Origin: Neoconidiobolus thromboides FSU 785
Lineage: Eukaryota; Fungi; Entomophthoromycota
NCBI GenBank assembly: GCA_025603075.1
Contig: MU626426.1
Span: forward strand, 1-42,582
Length of the DNA stretch: 42,582 nucleotides
Reading direction: 5' to 3'
Positions 1 to 11,531 of the stretch are shown here, in pieces. The stretch's first letter is position 1, and each line of letters begins with the position of its first letter. The notes under the pieces are model-generated. The model was not told the DNA's origin. It ran no database searches and worked only from the letters and a program-made list of their open reading frames with translations. A program made the translations under genes and the position numbers.

Positions 1-539
1 ATTGGTGAAAATACTGTAGCACCAGCACATAATAAAGGAGCAGCATAATCGGATGGAATACTTTCTGGAATATGAAAAGCATAGTCACCTTGTACTCTGA
101 CTTTATCAGCATATCCACCATAAGTTTTAGCTCCATCACTGAATCTTTTGTCATTATAAGTCCATGTCATCTTAGGACATTGAGCATCTTGTTTTACTGA
201 ACATGGTTTACAATCTGGTAATAAACAAGCAGCACATTGGGCACCTACACCTACTCTATCACCAAGTTTAAAATTAGTTACACCTTTACCTAAAGCTATT
301 ATCTCCCCTACTACCTTACGATCTACAATTACTAAAGATTTTGTGTTAACCCCCCCCAATATTGTCTAAAGTAGGGATGTTTGTGCCACAGATGCTACAA
401 TCGGATATTTCAATTTCAATATCGTTATTTAAGAGCTCAGTTGGAGTATAAGAAAATAGCACCAATTCTTTGCCTTTTTCGAAACATATATAGTCGCAGA
501 TTTGTACTTCTACTTTATTTCCTTGTTAGTGGTTGTCAT
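1..539 (-). pseudogene. Zn-dependent medium-chain alcohol dehydrogenase (ADH6/cinnamyl-ADH-like), 5' part disrupted; 3' part runs off the window start
   Basis: Minus-strand translation gives YICFEKGKELVLFSYTP..DIEIEISDCSICGTN, then after a frame change VGEIIALGKGVTNFKLGDRVGVGAQCAAC..CKPC..QCP..YGGYADKVRVQGDYAFHIPESIPSDYAAPLLCAGATVFSP. The frameshift lies around the G8 run at 350-357, the ATG at 539 is out of frame with the body, and the GHE motif reads DRK. Confidence 0.75.
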
Positions 540-989
540 TTTAATGGCTATATTTAAATAAGCTATTTTCATTTATTGAATTTTTATTTTTTGAGTATTT
601 ATACTTTTGAATTGCTTCAATACCTTCATCAATTGTTTGAAAAAGTCAATAATGATGCCATGTTCTGGATTGTCATTTTAATTAACAAATTGAATTTAGG
701 TCATAAAAAATCAAATCCACATTGTAATAATTTGGGTTAGAAGTTGAAATATTACACTATTATCCGGCTTTTTGAAATTTATAAACAAACCATGATTTAA
801 ATTATAGTTATTTAAGTAGAGATCTAATACTAAACAAGACCTCTTTTATTCTCAAATTTCAAGTTAGTTACGGAGTTTTGCTCAAAAATTATTGATAAGA
901 TTTGAAATTTTCCTTTTTTAGGATATTACTTTTGTTAGAAAATAATGATCTAGCAAAAAAACAATTTACAAATTAAACTAAGTTTATTA

Positions 990-1092
990 TATGGGGATGT
1001 TTTTTTTTGACTTCATTATTTTTTCCATTTTTTAAGCACTATTTGAGTGGAAAATTTAGTAAAATTCTTAAATACAAAAATACATCCCCATA
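990..1092 (+). mobile_element. ~103-bp MITE copy A
   Basis: TATGGGGATGT...ACATCCCCATA terminal inverted repeat with TA at both ends; interior shared with 14 other copies. Confidence 0.9.
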
Positions 1093-1247
1093 CTCTGGCT
1101 ACATGGATTAAAATATACAAAATCAAACATCATTAAGTTTATAGTTAAGTAATTATTTTAATAAATATGAATAAAATCAAAAGATTAAATAAACGCTTAG
1201 TTAGAAAATTAAGATATTATATTAAAATTATTAAACGTTAGTAACAG

Positions 1248-4200
1248 CTACCATTTGATAGAAGAAAGTCTAGACCCTTTAAGAGACCCAAATAATGACT
1301 TTTTATCTTTACTAGGATCTTCTTGTGATCGAGTAAGTACATGTTGAGATGTCGAAAGCGAAATCTGAGAATCGAGGGCTCCATTTTCGAGGCCAAGACA
1401 ATACTCAGATATACCAATCTGTACTCCACTTTCAGGACTTGATTCATCAGGGACAATCAGGTTCCTAGGAGGGTGAGATTCAGAAGTAGATGCTATTAGA
1501 TCTAACTTCAAAACATCCTTGTACAAATCATAATGTATATTATGTGGATATTTACTAACACACAATTCTTTAGGTATAGGTTTGGTGAGAGCTGGATGGG
1601 TAAAGGCCTGTGCATAATAGATCCAATTGGGCTGCTCTTCAATATCATCTTCTCCATTAGCTTCGGATATGGCAGATAAACTTCTATCAAATGCATCGCT
1701 ATTCGAAGGTTCTAAAATATTGGTCTTTTTTCCTGAGGGATCGCTTACTGTAAACAAAAATGACTCTGGCAAAGCAGGGCGTTCAGTAAGTTTAGTATTC
1801 CTAGAAGCAGGTAAAGTAGCTGGTGACACAAGTGGGCTTGGTGAATTAAACATTAAATCCTTTTTAAAATGGGGCATTCTAAGGCCACTTGGAACTTCTA
1901 ATGAAGCTCGAGGTGATGATGGAGAAGAGCGTCTATGAATAGATGAGCGTGGCGAAGGTTCAGCTTCCTTAAGAGAATCTAATGGGATATACATCAATCT
2001 TTGACGGAATGTTTTACGATAATAATATTTAAAATAAAATATAGTCATGAGTGTAAAAGAAGTAGGAATCAAAGCATAATAAACTGCATTTGTGATTAAA
2101 ATACAAGCATTAGTGAGCTGAGATATTATCAAACCATCTGTAAGGAAACGAACAAACAAATTCCATATTTTTCCATTGCTTTCATACCTTTTGATATAAC
2201 AATAAATAAAATTATGCTTAAATATAAAGTAAGAAGTGAAAAAGTAAATGAGACCAAAAGGAATGATGAATGGGTTCACTGTGGAATAAGTAGCAACAAT
2301 CACAAAGATCAAAAGATGATTTGGGATGTGATAAAAAAAGGGAAATGGCCAAGAATGTTCAAGAACCTTACGTTCTCTAGGGGATTTAGGAAACACCCAT
2401 GACATAAATGATAAGATGAAAGGAGACGCTAAAATCAAAAGTTCCATAAACTGATAACAAATATTAAAAATAACATAGTTGATGAAAAAAGCAGCTCCAC
2501 CGGCTATTTTCGTGGCAAACTCTTCAACAAAATTATACTTAGATTCTAACGTTTTGAGGAATAAGTCTATGAAAGCAGGACCTAAAAGAAATAAAAATAC
2601 AACATTAAAAATACAAAAATAGTGATAGCGTATAGCAACTGCTCGTTCAAAACCAGAAAAAGTCTTCCATGACTCAATGGATGATATGATATAAAGGATA
2701 TGAGGTAAAATAGACATGAAAATAGCTAACAACGTTGCTGGTACTAAGGTTTGAAGTAATGATTGTGCTAAAGGATAATTACGCCCAAATTTTGCAAGCT
2801 CAGGGTATGTTAATGAAAGAGAGTCGAAAGATACCAATGAAAGCAAAGGAATTACAGGAATAAGCCAAGCAATGATTAAAATCCATGTAATAACATTGAC
2901 TAACACCTTTCTTATTAGTTTTGAAGATTTGGACATAGTATGGTTTTTCCATAAAATATCTTTCGGTTCAGGTGCTAAATAAGTCTGACACTTATTAATA
3001 GAAGGATGAATGATAGATTGTGCGCAAAGTTGAGCAGAAGCAGGATTTGCAAAGGTTACAAATCCTGTAGAGGTAACATCACTGTATAAATGCTGACTAC
3101 TATCTTTATCATTTTCGTTCTCGTTTCTCAACTTATTTATGCGCCTATCTAAGATGATAATTTTATTATAAAAATAACTAATCGATTGACATCTTTTCCC
3201 TGTTTTATATCCAGTACGATGATATGGATGGAAAGGTGCTAATATTTGATAATTAAGCCTTAATATTATATCCCAAATACTTATAGTTTCTGATTCAATT
3301 GAAGTTTGTAACATTAATTTTAATTTTGTTTCTTCCGAGCAGATAGCATTTGAAAATCTTTGTGGATCTCTAAGATACTGATTAATTTGTTGATACTCCC
3401 ACCCATTATCATATTTTAAAAAGGCCTCTTCTAGCAAATGTCCTTCTTTTACTGCTAATAAAAGGTTTCTTGCCAACTCTGTATGTGCAGTTTCCAATCC
3501 AATTAAAGCCTTTTTCCTACGCCCCATATAGTCAATTAATTTATGCGGATACTTTAGTAGTTGTACACAATGAACTTGCCCAAGACCTAAAGATTCGAAA
3601 TGGTCTCTTAATCTAACCTCATCACATAATACTTCTGGTATATTGGTAACCATGACGGTTCTGCATCTAGGATTTCCATCATTGGCTTCTTTTAGAAAAT
3701 GAATACGTCTAAGTTGTACAAAATCGACTGTGTTCTTGTAAATTAAATATAGAACAACTAAAGAGATGACGGAGCTTAATAAAGTATGAACCCAAAATTT
3801 GTTCGATCCTTTTCCAACACCAGTAATTGAAAACTCTTGAACTGTTCCCTTTACTCCTTCTGGTACTCCATCATTGAAATAATTCACAGGCAATAATATA
3901 GGCATCACTATCACAGTCAAAAATATCATTACTTGAAAAATTAACTTCAAAGCTCTCAAATACAGTACAGCATCTAAACCAACATTATGCAATATAAATG
4001 TTTCTTCAATTCTCCATATTGTCCTTGCCCATCCCAAAAATTGCTTCGATGGTGGTGGTGATGGATTTCTAAAATTGTGAGGATTAATTTACTATTTAAA
4101 TAAATTAGTTACTTTGGTAAATAACATCTAGCTGAAAATAAATGACGAAAATCTGAACGTTTACGAAATAACTCATGTACCCCTAAACAAGCCAACGATA

Positions 4201-4279
4201 TTGAAGCAGACACAGCTATCTGAGATCCTATTCCAGGCCAAGTTGGTGAGTATGCCTTATATTCGTCTAAAGTCGCCAT
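1248..4279 (-). CDS. OSCA/TMEM63 (CSC1/RSN1/PHM7-like, DUF221) stress-gated cation channel, ~995 aa; exons 4279-4113 and 4068-1248
   Basis: GLDAVLYLR, RTVMVTNIP, TGFVTF, APEPKDILWKN and YESNGKIW motifs; many TM segments. A 44-nt GT-AG intron (4112-4069) joins the ORF in frame to an upstream exon starting MATLDEYKAYSPTWPGIGSQ. Confidence 0.9.
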
Positions 4280-4716
4280 TAATTAAGAGCATGCTTTTTT
4301 AAAAACAGTTGCTTTTTAACCTCCTAAATTTTTACCAAAATTATTTGATTGGGCAGATTAAATGATTAGAAAGATAAAAATAATTGTAACATTTTTTAAA
4401 TTGTTAATAAACTGAAACAAGAAATAGGCTTAATTTTAAAATTACCATATAAGAAAATTACCAGTTTATTAAAATAAAATTTGTTTTGAAAGTCAGTAAA
4501 ATTATGACATAAAATACTAAAAGAAATCGTAAATATTAAAATAATTCATGGTATAAACAGTATTAAGTTAAATTCACCAAGTGAGATAGGCACTAGTTTA
4601 GAGACGTATGTTTATTGAATACATGATGTACATATATTAATATAAATAAAGTAAAACAGGAAATTAATTTATTTTGTGAAATATTATTTTTGAGATTTTT
4701 AATCTTAAATAAAAAA

Positions 4717-5831
4717 TTATTGTTGGGTGGCCAACTTTTGGGCATGTTGGATCTTTTGTTGGATCTTGTGTTTGCGTTGAGCATAAGTAAGACGCTTCTT
4801 GATTGGAACAAGAGAACCATAAGTTTCGCGTTCTTTCTTGACATGTTCTGGATCTTCACGAATCTTTTCGTGGGCTTCAGTGTACATATCTTCAATAGCA
4901 TCAGCATCAATACCTTCAGCAATATAGGTAGCGAATTGTTCCTTATAACGTTCTTCATCATCTTCTTCAAGATAACGCATATATTCGGCTACATGACCAC
5001 CATAGATGTATTCACGTAAAACTTCAGCGTCAAGTTCTTTGGATGAAGCATCATAACCTGGGAAACGGTTTTCAGAGTGAGGTACAAAGAGACCACCATC
5101 GGAAGCACCTTTCATGGCACCGAATACACGGGCACCAGTAGAGGTACGTTGAAGACCTACATCTAAGAAACATTTGAATGGACGAGGAGCATCTTCAGCA
5201 GGTTCAGTAAGGACTAAGGTACCATCTGGCTCAGTGACACCTTCGTAGGTTTCATCAAGCTTAAGTTTCTTGAGAACACGACGGGCAACAAGTAAACCAG
5301 TGGCATAAGCAGCGGACCAATTGGTAAGACCAACCTTGATACCGTATTTTGGAAGTTCATGAGAGTAAGCAGCAGCTAAAACAAAGTCACCTTGGATCTT
5401 GGCGTATACAACTTGACAGATGATATCTTTGTTGGTGAAACGAACAACTAATCTGTATTTTGGAGAGTTGTATTTGTTCTTATATTGGACAACTAACTTC
5501 TTACGAGCATAGTAATCAGTTTTTCCCTCTATAATAAATAGAATTAGTATAATATTCTTAATTGTTTTGTTTTATATTATAATTTCATCAGATAGGAGCG
5601 AAAGACAATTTGATGGATTATTCAACATAAAGTTTCAGATGAACTATGCATTAATCAAGATCATCATATCCATGATAGTTTTATAAATGTAAAAATTATT
5701 ACCTCTTCTTCTACGGAATTTAGTTTGGAAACGCTTGAAGTAAGCCTTATTCTTAATGTTCTTTACAAAAGTCTGTTCGAAAAGGATGTAAGTGCACTGT
5801 TTCTAGATGGATGCCATACTAAATTTACCAT
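4717..5831 (-). CDS. RPL5: 60S ribosomal protein L5 (uL18), 294 aa; exons 5831-5829, 5772-5703, 5528-4717
   Basis: [85 protein letters not shown]; both introns are GT-AG and restore the frame. Confidence 0.97.
5584..5672 (-). ncRNA. Intronic box C/D snoRNA, snR60/SNORD80-like, with two guides against 25S rRNA
   Basis: In RPL5 intron 2: box C ATGATGA (5667-5661), guide GCATAGTTCAT plus D' CTGA (5638-5635), C' ATGTTGA (5628-5622), guide GTCTTTCGCTCCTAT plus D CTGA (5591-5588). The guides are complementary to conserved LSU segments GUGAACUAUGC and AUAGGGGCGAAAGAC. Ends are approximate. Confidence 0.88.
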
Positions 5832-7904
5832 CTTGTTATAAATATACCCCAAAAGGCTAGTAAAAAGGATTTAAAACCTGCCCTGCTTTATACCCATTTA
5901 TCTGACTCAAAAAAGCAAGATCTAATTTGATTGGTTGTAAAATTTTGGCAGATTAAGAAGATTAATTTTGTAAAATGTTAAAAAAGCAGTGAAAGTTAAC
6001 ATAAGAGCTTTTGTTATTGTTACTATCAGTAATAGTAGCTATTTTGAATGTGCTATATTATTTGAGGTCTTATAAAAGAGTTTCAAAACTCATCTTTAAT
6101 AAAGCCTCAAAATTTAAAACTTAATTTACAGTGTATAATGTCAAATAAAATTTGGTAAAACATTTTCAGTATTTTAAGCACTTTTTTGGAAGTAAAATTT
6201 AAAAATACTACTAGTTAAAATCCTTGCAAAAAAAAACACTATCTTTTAACCTTCAATACTTTATGTAACAATAAAAATGTAAAAGTTTAAATCCTTAGTA
6301 TATTAGATCTATGTTTTGGGTTCATTTTTACACCTGGCATATGAAGGAATTCTTTTATCATTTAATAAATTGCTGTTAAAGTTAAAATTAAAATTATTTA
6401 AAATTAAATTTAAAACTTAAAATTTTAAATATTTATTTTAAATTGTTTTTATTTCTTTAATTTACTATAAAACAAGCTATATGTTTTAATTGAGGCCTCT
6501 TAAGTACATTATATTATAAAAGTACTATGTTTTTTTATGAAACTTTCTTAGTCTTAAATTTTGATATATAATAGACTTTGAATATTATTAGATAAACTTT
6601 ATCAAATAAGTATTGAATAAAAAAGGACCATACTTTCTCATTTATACCAATTTAATTTAGACAGTTTATATTTATTAGAGACAAATAGCAAATTAAAAAG
6701 CATAAATCACATTTATATTGATAAAATAAGGACATTTTGAAATCTAGGAGTTAGCAAAACTTGCTATAAAAAACCTTGTGACTATACAATATTAGAATTT
6801 TTTCAGAATTTTTTAAATAATGTACCTTACAATAAACTTATGTCAAATTATAAAAATGTTGTACGTTAACTGATACTCATAATAATATAGGAACTTTGAA
6901 AAGGATGATGTGTAGTATAAACAAATGAACGTTCTGTTTTTCATTTTACTAATACATTTGTTTATCAAAAAATACCTTTTTTCTTCTAACAATTTAAATT
7001 AATAAAGTAACCAAAGTATTTGTAAGTGTATAAACATGTTTACTGGGATTTCATAAAACTATTAAAAAAGGGAAGTACTTTGGGTTTGTGACGGATGAAA
7101 GTAAAGTTTAATTAAAGAGTGTATAAAATAAAAAGCCAACATAATACCTTTGCTGTACTATGTGGCTTTAAAAACCCTGAAGCAAAAATCGACACAAACT
7201 TGGCATTTCACACAATAATTGTATAAAAGGCATACTTTTAAAATATAGAAGTTAATACCTGTAAGTTGTAGAAATTCTACTAAATCAAAGCAATAATTTA
7301 ATCAATAGGTAATTCTACAGCAGTATAGCCAATGATATTTTAGGATACTTACATAAAAAACAGCAGTTTTATTCTTAAAAATGAAATGATCATATTAGCT
7401 ACATTATGAATTAATATAGTAATAATGAGGATTTGTTTTTCCGCTTGTGAGACTTTTTGTAAGAACTATCAAATATTCTTATTATTTATCATTTTATGAG
7501 AAAAAACGCAATGTTTTTAGTTTATGTAGCAATGCTGTGTTTATCAAAGTAACAGATACTCTACTTATTTTGTTTTTTTTAATTCAAGTATCCCTTTAAT
7601 TTTACTATCAAATTACAACATACCTTTAAACAGAGGGTGAGTACAACACGTAATCTTATCACTGTAAGTATAACTTTAAAAATGAAGTTACTTTTATTAG
7701 TTAAAAACCTGTGATAAAAGAATAAAGCAAAATTTTAAACCCATGATGAGTCCCATGGTTGTTCGATCTTTTAGTAAAAAGTTAGAAATAAATGCTATAA
7801 AAAAGAAGAGATACACCAAATTGAGTCTTCATAAAGCAGATCAATTTTAATCCTTGCTTAATATAATTTTAATCATAGTTTTTTTGGCTTAACTAATTTC
7901 CACA

Positions 7905-9968
7905 ATGAATTTTAAGTCTTCAGTCGTTTTATTTGTAATTGCTCTAGTTGGTGGTTCCAGTGTATTAGCCCAAGGAAAGATTTTTACTCCAAGTGATTTA
8001 GTAACTATGGCCCGCCCGGGTTTTTTTGCTCCTTCTTTAGATGGCGACAAAGTAATCTATTCCGCTACCACTTACGATAAAGAAACCAATAAGAAAACCA
8101 CCAAAATTAACCTTTTAGAAGTTGCTAGTGGAAAGGCAAGTGATATCACTTCATTAACCAGTACTGATTTTTCAGATGTTTCATTTATCGGAAAAGATCG
8201 TGTTGCTTTTGTTTCATCTCGTTCAGGAACCCCAAATGTTTGGACTTTGGACATCAACGTTGGGGCAGGTTCTTTGAAGCAATTGACTAACTTTACGTAT
8301 AAAGAGATAAAGGGGGCACAGTATAATTCTAAGGCTGGTAAATTTATCTTTACTACTGGTGTTTCTGTAAAAGAAAAGGAATCAGTACATAAATATAGCA
8401 CTGCTAAAACTTTTGACCAACTTTATATTCGTCATTGGGATACATGGTATGATTACATTCATCAACATGTTCATGTCGCTGATTTAAGTATAGATAAGCT
8501 TACATCAGAAGCTAAAGATCTTTTAATAAACAGTCCTAAGCTTGAATCTCCTATTCGTCCGGATTATGATTCAAGTAACTATGTCCTTTCTCCAGATGGT
8601 AAATTGGTTGCTTTTGTTACTCGCCCAGATACTAGAACTCAAGCTTGGAAAACTACGCTTGAGCTTTACCTTGTCCCTACTACCGGTGAGCCTAAACTTG
8701 AGTTAATCTCTGAAAAAGGATTGGGTGCTATTTCGAGTCCTAAGTTTTCACCAGATGGTAAATATCTTGCTTGGGTACAAATGACTGCAGATAATAATGA
8801 ATCCGATAAAGGATTAATTACTTTATATGACCTTAAAACAAGGAGTAGAAAAGTATTGAATCACAAATGGGATGCACAGCCAGGTGGGTTTACTTTTTCT
8901 AATGACGGTAACTCTCTTTACCTTTCTTTATCTGATGATGGGCACAACAAATTGTTTGAATTCAATATCAAGACTCAGCAATATAAAGCTATTGTAAAGA
9001 CTGGAACTTCAAGTCTATTAGCTGAATATAAAGATAAATTGTTAATTACTAAAGCATCTACTAAGAGTCCCAATGAAGTCTATTCTTTGAGTAAAAACAA
9101 TAACGAGCTTAAACTTGTTTCCGATATCAATGTTAAATTCCTTGATACTTTTAAATTTAATGGTTATGAGCCATTTTATTTTATTGGCGCTTTAAAAGAA
9201 AGGGTTCAAGGCTTTTTAATTAAACCACCAGGTTTTGACCCAAAGAAGAAATACCCAGTCATGTTTTGGGTACACGGTGGACCTGAATCTTCCTTCAATG
9301 ATAATTGGTCGACTCGCTGGAATTATCAAATCCCTGCTAATGCTGGTTATGTGGTTGTCGCTATTAACTTCCATGGTTCTCCAGGATGGGGCAATAAGTT
9401 TACTCAATCTATTCTCCAAAATTGGGGCTCGTATCCATTTGAGGACTTGATGAAAGGCCTTGATTACGCACTTGCTAAATATAGCTTCTTAGACTGTCAA
9501 AAAGTGGTTGCTTGGGGAGCATCTTATGGTGGTTATATGATGAATTATATCAATGGTAATACTGATCGTTTTAAGGCACTTGTAATTCACGATGGTACTT
9601 TCAATGTTGCAGGCAGATTTTATAACACTGAAGAACTTTTCTTCATAGAAAATGAATTTGGTGGTGTAGGATGGTCTAAAAAAGCCAAAGAAACCACTGA
9701 AAAGTTTTCTCCTGCTAATTTTGTTGAAAACTGGAAAACTCCTGCTTTAGTCATTCATGGTGGTAAAGATTATCGTATTGTTGATTCTGAAGGTATTAGT
9801 GTTTTTACTGCCCTTCAACGTAAAGGTGTTCCATCTAGATTTCTTTACTTTGAGGATGAAAATCATTGGGTTCTTAAGAATGCTAATTCACTCAAATGGA
9901 TGCATGAGAACCTTGCTTGGTCTGCTAAATGGATCAACTACACTAATCCATACAAAATCGAGCTCTAA
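7905..9968 (+). CDS. DPP5: Secreted dipeptidyl-peptidase V (peptidase S9), 687 aa, intronless
   Basis: Signal peptide; beta-propeller repeats (SPDGK); HGGPE, GASYGG nucleophile elbow, GGKDYRI (Asp) and DENHWV (His) catalytic motifs. Confidence 0.92.
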   Translation: MNFKSSVVLFVIALVGGSSVLAQGKIFTPSDLVTMARPGFFAPSLDGDKVIYSATTYDKETNKKTTKINLLEVASGKASDITSLTSTDFSDVSFIGKDRVAFVSSRSGTPNVWTLDINVGAGSLKQLTNFTYKEIKGAQYNSKAGKFIFTTGVSVKEKESVHKYSTAKTFDQLYIRHWDTWYDYIHQHVHVADLSIDKLTSEAKDLLINSPKLESPIRPDYDSSNYVLSPDGKLVAFVTRPDTRTQAWKTTLELYLVPTTGEPKLELISEKGLGAISSPKFSPDGKYLAWVQMTADNNESDKGLITLYDLKTRSRKVLNHKWDAQPGGFTFSNDGNSLYLSLSDDGHNKLFEFNIKTQQYKAIVKTGTSSLLAEYKDKLLITKASTKSPNEVYSLSKNNNELKLVSDINVKFLDTFKFNGYEPFYFIGALKERVQGFLIKPPGFDPKKKYPVMFWVHGGPESSFNDNWSTRWNYQIPANAGYVVVAINFHGSPGWGNKFTQSILQNWGSYPFEDLMKGLDYALAKYSFLDCQKVVAWGASYGGYMMNYINGNTDRFKALVIHDGTFNVAGRFYNTEELFFIENEFGGVGWSKKAKETTEKFSPANFVENWKTPALVIHGGKDYRIVDSEGISVFTALQRKGVPSRFLYFEDENHWVLKNANSLKWMHENLAWSAKWINYTNPYKIEL

Positions 9969-10265
9969 TTATAATAGCACTATCATTAATTCCATTTAAT
10001 TATTGAACCTTAAATATTAAATAAATACTTAATTTAAATTTACTTTTGTAACTTTAACCTCAACTATTTTATATTTTATATTTTATAGCATTTTCAACTT
10101 ATAACTAGTGGGTTATTTTTATTTTTTATGAATACATTGGTAAAAGGTGCATAAAAAATAGTTCAATTATAAACATTATAGTTTTGAACCAAACTACTAT
10201 ACAATATCAAACAAAAATAGTATTAGTTTTACTAATCATTATTTTATTAAAAAAAAGTAAAAGGG

Positions 10266-10368
10266 TATGGGGATGTTTTTTTGATTTCATTACTTTTTCT
10301 ATTTTTTAAGCGCTATTTAAGTGGAAAATTTATTGGTAAACCCTTAAACCCTTAAACACATCCTCATA
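10266..10368 (+). mobile_element. MITE copy B
   Basis: TATGGGGATG...CATCCTCATA with family interior (tttcattacttttt..aagcgctatttaagtggaaaa). Confidence 0.85.
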
Positions 10369-10675
10369 TCCATTTATTCCAAACCTAAAGCTATATGTAA
10401 CTCCACACAGAATCCCTTAATTTGGAATCTTTTTGGTGAATTTCATAAAGATCCTTTACTACATTTTTCGAAACATTTTTGACAAACGTCTGTATCACTA
10501 TTCTAAATCCAACTTTATTCGCTTTACCAGCAAATTTCTTTATTGTTCTCTTATCTTCATGAATCCTAATTTTCCTCATAAACTTCAACTTCCCAATAAA
10601 ACCTTGACATTATCATTGAGAGTTAAATAAACTATATGGTCCGTTTGTTATAATATAGATCAGCTCAAAAATAAA

Positions 10676-10780
10676 TACAGGGATGTATTTTTGTATTTGA
10701 GAATTTTACTAACGATTTTTCCACTCAAATAGTGCTTGAAAGATGGAAAAGATGATGAAGCCAAAAAAAACATCCCCGTA
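10676..10780 (-). mobile_element. MITE copy C (reverse orientation)
   Basis: TACAGGGATGT...CATCCCCGTA; interior is the reverse complement of copy A. Confidence 0.85.
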
Positions 10781-11531
10781 TAGTTTTATTTTTCCAGGAA
10801 TTTAGTACTTTTCCTATTTAAAATAAAACAAAACTTTCTATTATCGCTTCTATCTACCTTTGTTTCATTGTTTTTAGTTTAAAATCTTCTATTTAATTTA
10901 GCTTTTATTCATTTCATACAGTTTCTAATATTGATGATATTCGTTTAATCTTAAATTCTTATTCAAATTTATCCCTTTGGTCTAGTTTTCTATTTTAGCT
11001 AAATGTATTCAATTTAAAGTTGTTTCAATTCTTTAATTCTATCCCTTGCCTCATTATACAACAAGTAGGAACAACTAGTTATTAAAGATTTAAGGGTTCT
11101 TCTTCATTGTACAAAAATTAAATACAATGACTTAAAGTTTAAACTTCAGATTCTTTTATTAAATACCTACTTTTCCCTATAGTTGAAGAAATATTATGTT
11201 TATTTAAAGATAGCTTTAAGTTCATTGTCACTTGTTGCTAACTTGAGCCTCTTTTTTAGCCTATAAAGCAACATTTTTAAACTTAAAGTTTAATATTAAT
11301 TTCAATTTAAGTTATAAAGTATTAAATTTCAATATTAAATTTGTTTTCAATTATGAAATTCTTTTTACCTTATAATTGAATACAATGAAATAAAAACATA
11401 TATATCAATGACCGTTCATTTATTTTATCAGTTGATATTCCAATAATAAACTTTTAGATAACCCAAAAATAATTCAAGGTAATATAATATCTTTATTATC
11501 TATAAACCTCAGCTCAACATCAACTCAATTT

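Noticed and set aside
5773-5817. Alternative RPL5 start ATG|GCATCC suggesting a GC-AG intron
   Set aside because: An upstream ATG at 5831 followed by canonical GTAAAT explains the structure with a normal 56-nt intron
1238-9999. Short ORFs in the track overlapping OSCA, RPL5 and DPP5 (e.g. 1627-1938, 4593-4970, 4690-5019, 8072-8401)
   Set aside because: Antisense or alternate-frame shadows of well-supported genes, with no recognisable motifs
10391-10630. Two ~65-aa ORFs between MITEs B and C as possible cargo
   Set aside because: Non-ATG or short, no transposase or other motif, and stops in all frames nearby
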